From: the human T2T-CHM13v2.0 reference genome, Homo sapiens | Assembly: GCF_009914755.1 (NCBI RefSeq) | Contig: NC_060928.1 | Strand: one strand, 5' to 3' | Length of the DNA stretch: 64,000 nucleotides | Shown: piece by piece, positions 1 to 12,890 of the stretch | How the letters are laid out: each line of letters starts with the position of its first letter | How positions within the stretch are numbered: the first letter of the stretch is position 1 | Made by a program: the position numbers and the translations under genes | The notes under the pieces: generated by a model | Databases searched by the model: none | What the model saw: only the letters and a program-made list of their open reading frames with translations | Told to the model about the DNA's origin: nothing

Positions 1-1500
1 TAGGGAGGAGTCCCTCTTTTTCTATTGTTTGGAATAGTTTCAGAAGGAATGGTACCAGTTCCTCTTTGTACCTCTGTTAGAATTCGGCTGTGAATCTGTC
101 TGGTCCTGGGCATTTTTTGGTAGGTAGGCTTTTAATTACTGCCTCAATTTCAGAACTTGTTATTGGTCTATTCAGGGATTCAACTTCTTCCTGGTTTAGT
201 CTTGGGAGGGTGTATGTGTCCAGGAATTTATTCATTTATTCTAGATTTTCTAGTTTATTTGTATAGACGTGTTTATAGTATTCTCTGAGGGTAGTTTGTA
301 TTTCTGTGGGAACAGTGGTGATATTTCCTTTATCATTTTTTATTGTGTCTATTTGATTTTTCTCTCTTTTCTTCCTTATTAGTCTCGCTAGCTGTCTATC
401 TATTTTGATAATCTTTTTAAAAAACCATTTCCTGGATTCACTGATTTTTTTTGAAGGGTTTTTCGTGTCTCTATCTCCTTCAGTTCTGTTCTGACTTTAA
501 TTATTTCTTGTCTTCTGCTAGCTTTTGAATTTATTTGCTCTTGCTTCTCTAGTTCTTTTCATTGTGATGTGAGTGTGTTGATTTTAGATCTTTCCCACTT
601 TCTCATGTGGGTATTTAGTGCTATAAATTTCCCTTTAACACTGCTTTAGCTGTCTCCCAGAGATTCTGGTACATTGTGTCTTTGTTCTTATTGGTTTCAA
701 AGAACTTAGTTATTTCTGCCTTCATTTCGTTATTTACCCAGGAGTCATTTAGGAGCAGGTTGTTCAGTTTCCATGTAGTTGTGTAGTTTTGAGTGAGTTC
801 CTTAATCCTGAGTTTTAATTTGATTGCACTGTGGTCTAAGAGACTGTTCGTTATGATTTCCATTCTTTTGCATTTGCTGAGGAGTGTTTTACTTCCAATT
901 ATGTGGTCAATTTTAGAATAAGTTATATGTGGTGCTGAGAAGTATGTCTGTTCTGTTGATTTGGGGTGGAGAGTTCTGTAGATGTCTATTAGGTCTGCTT
1001 GGTCCAGAGTTGAGTTCAAGTCCTGAATATCCTTGTTAATTTCTGTCTTCTTGATCTGTCTAATGTTGACAGTGGGGTGTTAAAGTCTCCCACTATTATT
1101 GTGTGGGAGTCTAAGTCTCTTTGTAGGTCTCTAAGAACTTGCTTTATGAATCTGGGTGCTCCTCTATTGGATGCATATATATTTAGGATAGTTAGGTCTT
1201 CTTGTTGCATTGATCCCTTTACCATTATGTAATGCCCTTCTTTGTCTTTTTTGAGTCTGTTTTATCAGATACTAGGATTGCAACTCTTTTTTTTTTCTTT
1301 CCGTTTGCTTGGTAAATATTCCTCCATCCCTTTATTTTGAGCCTATGTGTGTCTTTGCACGTGACGTGGGTCTCGTGAATACAACGCACTGATGGGTTTT
1401 GACTCTTTATCCAATTTCCCAATCTGTGTCTTTTAATTGGGGCACTTAGCCCATTTACGTTTAATGTTAATATTGTATGTGTGAATTTTATCTTGCCATT
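1..1500 (-). pseudogene. Disrupted L1 ORF2p, APE-type endonuclease region
   Basis: Three consecutive frameshifted ORF fragments (1225-1422, 1016-1225, 621-1019) match the ORF2p N-terminus. Confidence 0.9.
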
Positions 1501-1559
1501 ATGATGCTAGCTGGTTATTTTGCACAATTAGTTGATGCAGTTTCTTCATAGTGTTGATG

Positions 1560-2581
1560 GTCTTTACGTGTTGGGATTTTTTTGCAGTGGCTGGTATAGT
1601 TTTTTCCTTTCCATCTTTATTGTTTCCTTCAGGAGTGCTTGTAAGGCAGGCCTGGTGGTGACAAAATCCCTCAACATTTGCCTGTCTGTAAAGGATTTTA
1701 TTTCTCCTTCATATATGACGCTTAGTTTGGCTAAATATGAAATTCTGGTTTGAAAATAATTTTCTTTAAGAATGTTGAATATTGGCCCCTACTCTCTACT
1801 GACTTGTAGGGTTTCTGCAGAGAGATCTGCTGTTATTCTGATGGGCTTCCCTTTGTTGATAACCTGACCTTTCTCTCTTGTTGCCCTTCAAATTATTTTC
1901 TTCATTTAAACCTTGGTGAATATGAGGATTATGTGTCCTGTGGCTGCTCTTCTCAAGAAGTACCTTAGTGGTGTTCTCTGTACTATTTGAATTTTAATGT
2001 TGCCCTGTCTTGCTAGGTTGGGGATGTTCTCCTGGATAATATCCTGGAGTGTGTTTTCCAACTTTGTTCCAATCTTCCCGTCACTTTCAGGTACACCAAT
2101 CAATCATAGATTTCGTCTTTTCACATAGTCCCATATTTTTTGGAGGCTTTGTTTATTCCTTTTTTTCCCCTCTAATCTTGTCTTCACAGTTTATTCAGTA
2201 AGTTGATCTTCAATCTCTGATATCCTTTCTTCTGCTTGATCGATTCAGCTATTGATGCTTGTATATGTTTTATGAAGTTCTTGTGCTGTGTTTTTCAGAT
2301 CCATCAGGTCATTCATGTTTTTGCCTAAACTGGTTATTCTAGTTAGCAGTTCCTGTAACCTTTTATCAAGGTTGTTAGCTTCCTTGCATTGGGTTAGAAC
2401 ATACTCCTTAACTTGGAGGAGTTTGTTATTACTCACCTTCTGAAGCCTACTTCTGTCAATTCATAAAATTCATTCTCTGTTCAGTTTTGTTCCCTTGCTG
2501 ACAAGGAGTCGTGATCCTCTGGAGAAGAAGAGGCATTCTGTTTTTTGGAATTTCTGGCATTTTTGCATTGTTTTTTCTCAT
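1560..2581 (-). pseudogene. Disrupted L1 ORF1p
   Basis: Fragments IGVPESDG..LENTLQDIIQEN and LDKRLQELLTRITSL, broken by stops and frameshifts. Confidence 0.85.
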
Positions 2582-4109
2582 CTTCGTAGATTTATCTGTT
2601 TTTGATCTTTGATTCTGATGACCTTTGGATGGGGTTTTTGCATGGACATCCTTTTTGTTGATGTTGAGGTTATTCCTTTCTGTTTGTTAGTTCTCCTTCT
2701 AACAGTCAAGCCCCTCTTTGCAGGTCTGTTGGAGTTTGCTTGAGGTACACTCCATACCCTGTTTTCCTGTGTATCACCAGTGGAGGCTGCAGAATAGCAA
2801 AGACTGCTGCCTGCTCTTTCTTCTGGAAGCTTTGTCCCAGAGGGGCACCTGCCAGAGGCCAGTTGGATCTCTCTTGTATGAGTTGTCTGTCAACCCTGCT
2901 GGCAGGTGTCTCCCAGTCAGAAGGCATGGGGTTCAGGGACCCACTTCAGAAGGCAGTCTCTCCCTTAGCAAAGCTCGAGTACTGTGCTGGGAGATCTGCT
3001 GCTTTCTTCAGAGCCATCAGGCAGGAACATTTAAGCCTGCTGAAGCTTTGTCAACAGCCACCTCTTCCCCCAGGTGCTCTGTCCCAGGGAGATGGGAGTT
3101 TTATCTATAAGCCCCTGACTGGGGCTGCTGCCTTTTTATCAGAGATGCCCTGACCAGAGAGGAGGAATCTGGAGAGGCAGTGTGACTACAGTGGCTTTGC
3201 AGTGTTGTTGTGGGTTCCACCTAGTTCAAACTTCCCAGCAGCTTTGTTTACACTGTGAGGGGAAAACCGCCCACTCTAGCCTCAGTAATGGTTGATGCCC
3301 CTCCCCCCTCCAATCAGGAGCATCCCAGATTGACTTCAAACTGCTATGCTGGCAGCGAGAATTTCAAGCCAGTGGATCTTTTCTTGCTGGGTTACATAGG
3401 GGTGGGATCCGCTGAAGAACACCACTTGGCTCCCTGACTTCAGCCCCCTTTCCAGGGGAGTGAACGGTTCTGTCTTGCTGGCATTTCAGGTGCCACTGGG
3501 GTAAGAAAAAAAAACTTCTGCATCTAGCTTGGTGTCTGCCCAAATGGCTGCCCAGTTTTCCTCAAACTGTCTGCCAGCTTGAAACTCAGGGCCCTGGTGG
3601 TGTGGGCACCCGGAAGAATCTCCTGGTCTGTGGGTTGCAAAAACCATGGGAAAAGTATAGTATCTGGGCTGGATAGCACCATCCCTCACAGCACAGTCCC
3701 TGATGGCTTCCCTAGGCTAGGTCAGGGAGTTCCCAGACCCCTTGCACTTCCTGGGTGAAGCAACGCCTCGCTCTGCTTCTGCTGGCCCTCCGTGGGCTGC
3801 ACCCACTGTCTAATCAGTCCCAATGAGATGAGCCAGGTACCTCAGTTGGAAATGCAGAAATCACCCACCTTCTGCATTGGTCTTGCTGGGAGCTGCAGAC
3901 GGGAGCTATTCCTGTTTGGCCATCTTGCCACTCTCCTTCAAATAATATTCAAGAAAATAGTAACTTTATCCTATCTAGAGTGAGGAATATGAAGCAGCTC
4001 CAAATCCAAAAATAATGGTATAAATTTTCACAGCATAATACTTGCAAAGCCACTGGAATTGCTTTTTTGTGTGTGTTTGTTTGCTTTTGCTTTACTTTGT
4101 TTAAATAAA

Positions 4110-4690
4110 TGTTTTATTTTGAGAATTGCTTTAGATTTACAGAAAAATACCAAAGATGATGCAGAAATCCCAAATATCCTATACCAACTTTCCCATAATG
4201 TGAATATTTTATATTAGAATGATACATACTAATATTTTTATGTTCTAAGAATTCCACCCATGGAATGTGGTATGAATGAAATACTACATTTCATTTAGTA
4301 GTTGTATATCCTTTGTCAACATGTTTATCTAGAAAGTTCTAAACTGTGACAGCTTATCAGAATTTCCTTGTTTTGATGACCTTGACAATTTTGAGATACA
4401 TTTAGGTATTTTATAGAATATTGCCAGTTGGGGTTTATTTACATTTTTCTAATGCTTAGATTGGGTGAATTAGTCAATGGGAGGTAGGTATAGCAGAGAT
4501 ACAGTGCCATTCTCATCACGTTATATCAAAAGTACCTACTACCAAATTTATCAGTGTGGATGAAAACCTTGATTATTTGACAGTGGCAGTGATTGTCAGG
4601 GTTCTTTATTGTAAAATAACTATTTTTTCCTGTTTCATACTTTACTCTTCTGAGGGAGAGAGTCACTATGTGCTGCTAACACTTAAGAAG
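4110..4690 (-). mobile_element. Old L1 3' end fragment (L1MC4/5-like)
   Basis: ttttattttgag..ttagatttacagaaaa..caaagatgatgcag resembles the L1MC 3' terminus. Confidence 0.6.
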
Positions 4691-4729
4691 TAGGGTTTCT
4701 TGCCCAAATCTTTTATTTTTTCTGTCTGA

Positions 4730-5830
4730 ATAATCTATAACATTTGTTGCAGAATATATCTGCTGGAAGTTAATTGTTAATTCCCTCCATTTTTGTCCAT
4801 GAGATTATTTACTTTCCCTTCATTTTGAAGGATAATTTACCAAATGTAGAATTCTTGGTTGGTAATATTTTTCCACCAACACTTCAAAGATGTCTCTCCA
4901 ATCTCTTCTTGCTTTGGTGGTTTATATGAAAAGTCTACTGTAATTGTTATCCTCATTTACTATAATTAAGTTATTTATATTCATCTCCACTTTGGCTTTC
5001 TTCAGTATTTTCTTTTTCTTTGATTTCCTGCAGTTTGAATATGACATGTCTAGGTGTGCTTTTTGGTATTTATCCTGCTGGTGTTCTCTGAGCTTCCCAG
5101 ATGGAAGGTTTGGTGTCTGTCATTAATTTTGGAAAATTCTCTGGCATTATTACTTCAAGTATTTCTTCTACTTTGTTCTACTTCTTTTTAGTATTACACA
5201 TACACATATATTATATATTCTGATATTATCTCACAAATATTAGATGATTTTTTTCTCTAAACAACTTCAGTTGGCAAAGTTTCTATTCACCTATATTCAA
5301 GACCACTGATATTTCATATAGCCTGCTGTGTACGGTCTGCCAATGAACTCATTAAAGACATTTCTTTTGATTACAGTGTTTTTGATTTTTAGTATTTTAT
5401 TTTTTATTTTTTTCTTAGCATTTCCATTTCTCTACTAATATTACCATCTGTTCTTGTATATTCTTTACCTTTATCGTTAAAATTCTTAACATATATAATT
5501 ATTTTATAATTTCTGTCAGATAATTTCAATATCTGTGTCGTGTCTTAGTCTAACTCTGATGCCTTGTTATGTCTTGCCCTTAAGAATGTCTTACAATATT
5601 TTGCTGGAAGCCAGACATGTTGCATCAGGTAATGGAAGCTGAGATAAATGAGTCTTTAATGTGAGAATTTATGTTAACATAGCTAGAATTTTGGCTTTGT
5701 TTAAAGTTTGTTGTGTCTAGAGTTACCAGAATATTCAAATTTCTCTAGTACTTTTTCTTTTCTTTTCTCTTGTTTTCCTATGTTTTCTCCTCATAAATAG
5801 GGTGTTTTCCTATGTTCTGCTCCTCATAAA
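4730..5830 (-). mobile_element. Ancient L1 (L1M4/L1ME-type) ORF1-region fragment
   Basis: ttcattttgaaggataattt..tagaattcttggttgg and ttttggaaaattctc..cattatt are typical of old L1 ORF1 read antisense. Confidence 0.65.
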
Positions 5831-6855
5831 GAATCTGTGTGCCCTTTCCCCTACAATACTAGAGTTATCCTAGAGGTTTCTTGGTTATATACTTTCAGAT
5901 TCCACAGAGCAAAATTCTATGTATATTTCAAACCATAGTTAAAGTGCCACTCTTGTCTTGATTACTCTGGTACCTAGAGTGTATTGCTTTTGGCCAAGTA
6001 CCAGTACACAATAACCAACTCAAGCCACACATTTAGCCTATATAGCCCACACATTAGATTTCATCCTTATTGTTGTTTACATTGAAAATAGGACATTTGT
6101 AATAATTGCATTAGTTTCTCAAGGCTTCTGGCTAACTTAGCCTTCTATATAGTGACTTCTAAAAGGGCCAGAACTGTACTGCTGGCAGATTTAGTTGCAA
6201 GCAAAAGAAAATTAAAACAGGAAGTTATTTTATTCAAAGCATACTGAATATCTCCAAGAACTGTTACAAAATCTTAAGAATCAGTGGTCCTTAAAAGCAA
6301 GAGGAGGGAAGAAAGAAGAATAGGAAGGGGAGGACAAAAGAGGGGAGGGGAGAGGAGGAAAGGGAGAACATCCGGAAGTACAGCAAACTTACACCACAGA
6401 AGCAGTCCAGTTAGACACCTCTGCTATTCATTTGAAACACAGAACACTGAAGGATACCACATCCACCCCTAAACCAGAAAACAGGGAATTGCTGACAACA
6501 CTGAGTATGAAGTTCCTGGAGCCTTTCTTTCCCTGGCTCCGATTCAAATCCAGGATTTTGCAGCTAACTTATCCCTCAAGTTGCTGTTTATGTGAGCATG
6601 GAATAATCTGGAAGTGCAAGTAGTTGATTTTTCCAGGTTCCTTGGTGGTAGTTACACCTGTTTCATACCACGCCTCATCTTAAATAGAATGACTCAGAAT
6701 TCCCTGTGCATAAGAAAGGATTGGGATTCATGAGCTGGGCTGTGCACAGCATGACAAATAGCCTCTGAGATGACTTACCCATAGATTTATCCTCAGCAAA
6801 GAAGACCCTGCTTAATGTGTAGTAAGTGTTTGCTGAAAAAAAGGAAGGAAGGAAG

Positions 6856-7581
6856 TGTTACCATAGGTAGCTAGTCAGACATGAGCAGGGCAGGAGAAGG
6901 CTCCCCCTACATGCACCCCGCCCCCCGCCTCCATACACATGCACCAGGAACGTCAGGACACCATCAGGTGATGTTCAAGCAGTTAACTGTCTCTCTAAAA
7001 TAGTAATTGGCTGCAGCCAGTTGCAGGGAAAGGCAGTTTCCCAATAAACAGAAACACCTGAAGCTGGTGATCAGTGACTTCCTGATAAGATCTCAGGATT
7101 TGGGCAAGTGGGCTCACAAATGTGCTTTAAGAGGCAAAATGGCAGAGTTTAACCAGTATATGACCTTCTTGGGACATACTACTGGTAAGGGAAGAATGCC
7201 TCAAGTGAGCATTCATACAACTCCAGTAAATACACAGCACATGCTCACCTCCCAAGGGCTAGCAGGTAACTGTGCATGTGGACAGGCCACCCCAAGAGAA
7301 AAATCAGGGGTGAAGGGACACAAGACCCCGGAAGTAAGTCAACATATAAAATCCCAAGTCGAAAGGTCAAATCATGCACTTGTCTCTCAAGTTGCCCACT
7401 TGGGCCTGTTCCATGTGTACTTTCCTGCCTTTTGTTTCTTCTTTAAAAACTTGTAATAAACTTTCACTCCTGCTTTAAAACTTGCCTCAGTCTCTCCTTG
7501 TGCCTTATTGCCCTTAGTCAAATTATTTCTTCTGAGGAGACAAGAATTGAGTTTGCTGCAGATCCATATGGATTCACTGCA
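6856..7581 (+). mobile_element. Solo ERV1 LTR, MER50-like
   Basis: Starts TGTTACCATAGGTAGCTAGTCAGACATGAGCAGGGCAGG; AATAAA near 7455; ends ctgaggagacaagaattgag..gctgcaga..tgCA; about 725 bp. Confidence 0.8.
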
Positions 7582-7980
7582 AGGAAGGAAGGGAGGAAAA
7601 AAGGAAGGGAAGAAGGAAGGAAGGAAGGAAGGGAGGAAGGAAGGGAGGGAGGGAGGGAGGGAGGGAGGAAGGGAGGGAGGGAGGGAGGGAGGGAGGAAGG
7701 AAGGAAGGGAGGAAGGAAGGGAGGAAGGGAGGAAGGGAGGGAGGGAGGGAGGGAGGGAGGGAGGAAGGGAGGGAGGGAGGGAGGGAGGGAGGGAGGAAGG
7801 AAGGGAGGGAGGAAGGAAGGAAGGGAGGGAGGGAGGGAGGGAGGGAGGAAGGAAGGGAGGGAGGAAGGAAGGAAGGGAGGAAGGAAGGGAGGGAGGGAGG
7901 GAGGGAGGAAGGGAGGGAGGGAGGGAGGGAGGGAGGGAGGAAGGAAGGAAGGGAGGGAGGGAGGGAGGAAAGAAGGAAGG
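7581..7980 (+). repeat. Compound polypurine microsatellite (GGAA/GGGA)n, about 400 bp
   Basis: Directly visible tract made only of A and G. Confidence 0.99.
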
Positions 7981-9519
7981 ATGGTTACCTTTTAAGTGCA
8001 TTTAGTGAAAATTGTCTTAAATTCAACTTTGTCAAAAACTAGTATTGTAGTTTCTAGTAAATAGGTAAATATATTTTCTTTACACTATCAACATATAATT
8101 TAACTGAGAAATATAAAGCATGTAAACATTTTTGTTATGTTTCTAACTCAAGAGCAAATACCATAGGCATTACAACATTCAATTCCAATATTTTTTATTG
8201 ATTTTAATTTCTTAAAGAAGTACCTCAGATGTTGTCCACATTTCCCTTCATTGATCATTCATTTGAGTAGCTTAGTCACCATCTCAGGTTAAATGTCACC
8301 TCTCCACTTTCCCCAGATCACAACAGAAAGTCATGATCTAACATGATCATTTCCTTCTAAGTTTGCATGTTGTCTTAATCTGATCCAAATTTTTCCAAGG
8401 TTGCATTAATAAATATGGGCTAAGTTTTACTCAGTGTAGAAAGAAATTGCCTGGCAAGTGGGGACTAAGCCCATGAGTATTGATGCTTTATTTATATTGT
8501 TTCAAGACCCAAATCTTCTATTACTAAATACATGGAGATATTCAGTCCAAAGGATTAATTATTTTCCACCACATGTTCTCTTGCAGGAAAGGCAGCAATG
8601 TTTCTTTGTATAAGAAAATCCCATTTTTACTTTGCAGTAAAATTAAGTGTACTGTGTAACATCATTAGTTAACATGAATTGTGAAAAGGTTTATGCTTTT
8701 AATTTATATTATCAGGTAGTAATAACTACATTGTACTTGCACAGGCATCCACTAAAATGATATTATATTTAATAAAATAATCTAATGGGATTTTACTATA
8801 AAGGCATATTAGAGAGAGAAAAATCACCCAAAAGAAAGGCGATGCTGGGAATTATTTTATTCTGAATTTACTTCTCTGTTCCTATATAGGTATTTTATTT
8901 TAACTGAAATTGCTAACCTGCTAATCAAAACACATAAAATGGCCTCAGAAATTGTCTTTAATCTACTTTATCAATTAGTTTTCCACTTCATATCTCTTTG
9001 GTAGAAAGTATTACAGGTGATTATTTCAGTTCAAAGGCAAACAAAAGTCATATAATATTTGCTTCTTCATAAAGTTATGGTCTAAAGTATTTGGCTGACT
9101 CCCGATTTTTCTGAAATAACCAGTGTGTGAAGCTTATATTTCATGATCCACCACAAATACATTTGCACTCTGTATGATTGTCAGCCTCAAACCACATATT
9201 TTCCTTGTGACAAAATACATTTCATTCTATATTGGGAAAAATGCATTATAGGCAAGCAAATTCCCTCTACATTGAAATTAATGTTATTTAAAGCACATAA
9301 GTAATACATTTAGAAAATTGCAAGTACTTATTAAACAATGAGAGTATAAATTAGTTTATATACATAAAGTACTAAAAAGTGAAACGCAATATCCTTTTTT
9401 ATGCTTGATTATTGCAGAGTAATAATACATAAATAGACAAAAATTATTTCTCAATTCATAACCAGAAACAACACATCCTCTGAATATGCTTTTATTTAAC
9501 TTATTTTAAGATTTTATAC

Positions 9520-10000
9520 AAATAAATATTTAGCAAATATTTATTGAGGGCATAATTTATGCCAGACTCTAGTTAAGAAATGGAAAAAAAGTTTGGTAAC
9601 GTAGAGTTTCTTTCATTGATGAATTCATATTTCTTTTGAGGTGTAACTCATGCTTGCAAAAGAAGTGTCAATTGGAAAATATTTTCAAAATGAAGAGTTT
9701 CCTTGTAAGAGAATATCTGTAATACAAGAAAAGGAATGTCATCACATGAAGACATTAGGGAAAACAACTTGTAGCATTATAGTATCGTAAACATGTTTTC
9801 ACTCTATGCACATATTTTCTAATATATCTCACTCATTCAGTCACAGATACTCGTTGAGCACTTATATCACCATTCTCTGGTATGTTATGGAAGAGAGCTA
9901 TATTGAAAACATACACAGAGTACAGCTTCCTGGAACTTACATCGTAGTGGAGAATCTAGACATGAATACATAATCATAAATGCAATTTCTCCTGCAAAAG
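9520..10000 (-). mobile_element. L2 3'-end fragments
   Basis: caaatatttattgagggcataatttatgccagac and cattcagtcacagatactcgttgagcactta resemble L2 tails. Confidence 0.5.
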
Positions 10001-10448
10001 AAGTGATAAAAGAGCTGTTGTCTAACAAAATAGCTTGCCAATTTGACTTTTTATATAGTAAAATGTTGGAAGGGGCTATATAATAAAATGATGATAGGTT
10101 GGGGATAGGTTGGACCAATATTTCTAATTTCTGTTAGTTATTTTATTTGATGTATATAGCAATATTCTCTGAAAGCATTTATCAATATTTTTAAGCTTTT
10201 AGAGCCTGAAAGCAGGAATTTGCTTCCTGTGGCTTTAGAGAACTAGGTGCAGAAATCTGTCCTGTGGCTAGACCCTTCGTGTTCAGGAAGAATTATTTTA
10301 GTGAGCCTTCATAATCATTCAGACCTGAATGTTTTGCTTACTCACTTTTCTTATTTAACTTTAGACTTGGTGAGGTTAAATAAATGTAAAGACTTAGCTG
10401 TTTATTCTTTCATTTGATAATTTAAAATGCTCGGCATAGGAAAAGAAG

Positions 10449-10593
10449 TAATCTCAGCTACTCAAGAAGCTGAAGATTGAGGATTCTTTGAGGCCAGGAG
10501 TTCAAGGCCATAGTATGCCATGATATTGGCTATGAACACCCATTGCACTCCAGTCTAGGCAATGTAGCAAGACCTCTGAAGAAATAAATAAAT
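10449..10593 (+). mobile_element. Fossil Alu monomer (FAM/FLAM_A-like)
   Basis: taatctcagctactc..ccaggagttcaaggcc..ctatgaacacccattgcactccagtctaggcaa, followed by an (aaat)n tail. Confidence 0.8.
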
Positions 10594-10919
10594 AGGAACA
10601 TAAGTAGATTCTATATCTCAAGAGTCTGTTTTACTTGGTTTGGTTAGAAATGAAGAGACTGGCTAAACAAGGTGTTTGGGCTAAAACAACTTGGAGTTTC
10701 CTGGACAAGAAGGAAAAGAAAAAATAAAAGAAAAATCCCTGTGCTAAGATAGGATACTATGCAATCTAGTAATTGGGTTTATTTCCAGAATATCATGGCA
10801 TTAATTGATAATTTTATGAATGTCACAATAGTACAGTCTGTCTATTCTATTTTACTACATGGTTCAAACTGTTTGAACTTGACTGTTGACATTATTGGAT
10901 AGTTCATGGTACAGAATGA

Positions 10920-11235
10920 TGTGTTGCTATATGAGGGCATCTAACATGGCCTGGAGGTTTAGAGAAGTCCTGCAAGAGGGAGTGGTGTTGAATACAAGAC
11001 CATAAAAGGTAAACAGGTGTTTCTCAGGCAAAGATTGTTTAGCGTGGAGGTTGAAGAATGGGAAGTTGGAGCAAAGGGAAGGAACATCCAGAAGTACATG
11101 GATTTGGAGTCTTGATGTAAGTAAGACCATAGATATAATCAGGGGTCAGATAATTTACTACTTCACATTCGATGTTAAGGATACTGGATTGTTCTTAAAG
11201 AAATGGGAAATCATTACGGGTATTGAGCAATTCAA
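10920..11235 (-). mobile_element. L2 fragment
   Basis: Degenerate purine-rich L2 antisense pattern (gttaaggatactggattgttcttaaagaaatgggaaatcatt). Confidence 0.5.
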
Positions 11236-12699
11236 ATGGAAAAAAAAAACAAGTATTGAAAAATGAAATAAAGAAAAATTAGACTTGTTTTTGTTGTGAT
11301 GCAAGTTTGACCTTTAGACTCCTGATTCTCATCATTTGTCTTGACTCCTAATTTCCATGGCTTGTCTTGACTCTTAATTCTCATGACTTGTCAAGCTAAA
11401 TAAACAGAAGAGATAATTACTATAAGCTCCTTTCTGTTATATTTAGGAAAGCACCTAAGAGAGATAATACTCATATTTCTTGGTCCCCTGTTTTTCATTC
11501 AGTCTGTTGTAGATAAGAGGAAGGTAATTACTTGTTCCTGTTCTTAGTTTTCTGTACACAAATGGGAACAGCATGATATTACTGGAGACTAGATATTGTT
11601 TAACAAATACATCGTTCTTTTTATTTCAAAGGAAAGACTCCATTCTACAACCATAGTCTATGCATTCAGCCAATCCTCTCACAAATGCAACCTGTGGGTA
11701 CGACGAGTTACAGAGTAGAGTACAGATTAATTATCACAGTTTTACAAAATGTTAAATAATTAAAATTTAAAATTCTTCTTCCTAATGTGAAATGTTTACA
11801 TAAAAACAAATATTCAAAAGCCTACATTGCTTAAAAAATCTGCATTTGTTATACTTAGAATACTTTTTAAATTTTTTAAACATTTTTTGATATCTTAGAG
11901 GAAAAAGAATGTGCGATACCCAATTATTCCAAAATACCAGCACATCATGAACACATTAGTATAGATAAATATATTCATATTTGAATTACAGCTTTCCTTT
12001 GGTAGGTGGTCAAAACCAATGTTTACTTTTAGATTAATATAAGAATTTCTTGATATGACCATTTCCAACTTACTCATCTTAAGAGTCAACTTAAGAGTTG
12101 ACTCAAATTAATTATATTACAGGCATTAATTTGAATTCCTCATTGTTTCCTCTATTTGCACTTTAACAAAAAATTAAGTGCTTTTTATACCTTTTTTTAG
12201 CAAATTAATTTATTATGTGCTTTTTCAGAATGAAAGTTTACTTCCAGAGTCCTACAAAATTCAAGATGAAAAATCCTAACATTTATTCACTTGCAAGCAA
12301 TGACAAAATCAAAATAGAAATAAAACCAAAATCATAAACAAACTTTATATTTTTAATGTAAGCTATCTTATAATACATTGTTCAATTTCTAAACGATGTT
12401 AATAGTGTCATGTCTATATTAATATGTGGGCTTAATATAGACCTAATCAAAACTTAAACATTCCCCTTGTTTATTAACAAGATGAATTATCCTGAGACTT
12501 TTTTGGAAAAAAAAATACATCCTCAATATCTGTGTTTTCTAAATCCCCACTAATGGTGTATCTCATTTGATTTGTCTTTGAGGTATAACCTATAGAAATA
12601 TTCTAATGTGACTGTATCAGCTTTCTAAGATGTCCTACGTTTTAGTATTTTTTATATTCTTAAGAAGAAGATTTACTGAAAAATGGAACCAATAGAGTG

Positions 12700-12890
12700 G
12701 GCATTCAGGCTGTTCACCAAACACTTATTGCTCTTACTGATATGGATAGGATTGCATTTCTGGCTTTCTTAGGAGCGATTAGGATATGGAGTAGCCAGAA
12801 GAGAAAAATTGTACAGCTTCGAAAGAAGAGCATTTAATTACAGAATAAACCCCTCTAAAATTTATTTCCTGTTGCCCTGATGACTGGTGG
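12700..12890 (+). mobile_element. Old MaLR LTR fragment (MLT1I/J/K-like)
   Basis: ggtaggattgcattt-like start and gaagagcatttaatt motif; highly degenerate. Confidence 0.35.

Larger units (their letters stand above)
1..3936 (-). mobile_element. LINE-1, older L1PA (approx. L1PA8-L1PA13); 5'UTR, ORF1 and 5' part of ORF2, continuing off the window's left edge
   Basis: 5' end reads GGAGAGTGGCAAGATGGCCAAACAGGAATAGCTCCC on minus, with the L1 YY1 motif CAAGATGGCC at 3918-3927. ORF1 start MRKKQCKNA at 2581. ORF2 endonuclease peptides [11 protein letters not shown] and DHSAIKL in ORFs 621-1422. Confidence 0.95.

Noticed and set aside
2706-3983. Overlapping ORFs in the L1 5'UTR, possible ORF0 or antisense-promoter product
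   Set aside because: No recognisable ORF0, the CpGs have decayed, and open frames are expected in GC-richer sequence
7387-8005. ORFs of 165-204 aa rich in Pro/Ser/Leu or Gly/Arg/Glu
   Set aside because: They are translations of the GGAA/GGGA microsatellite, which contains no stop codons
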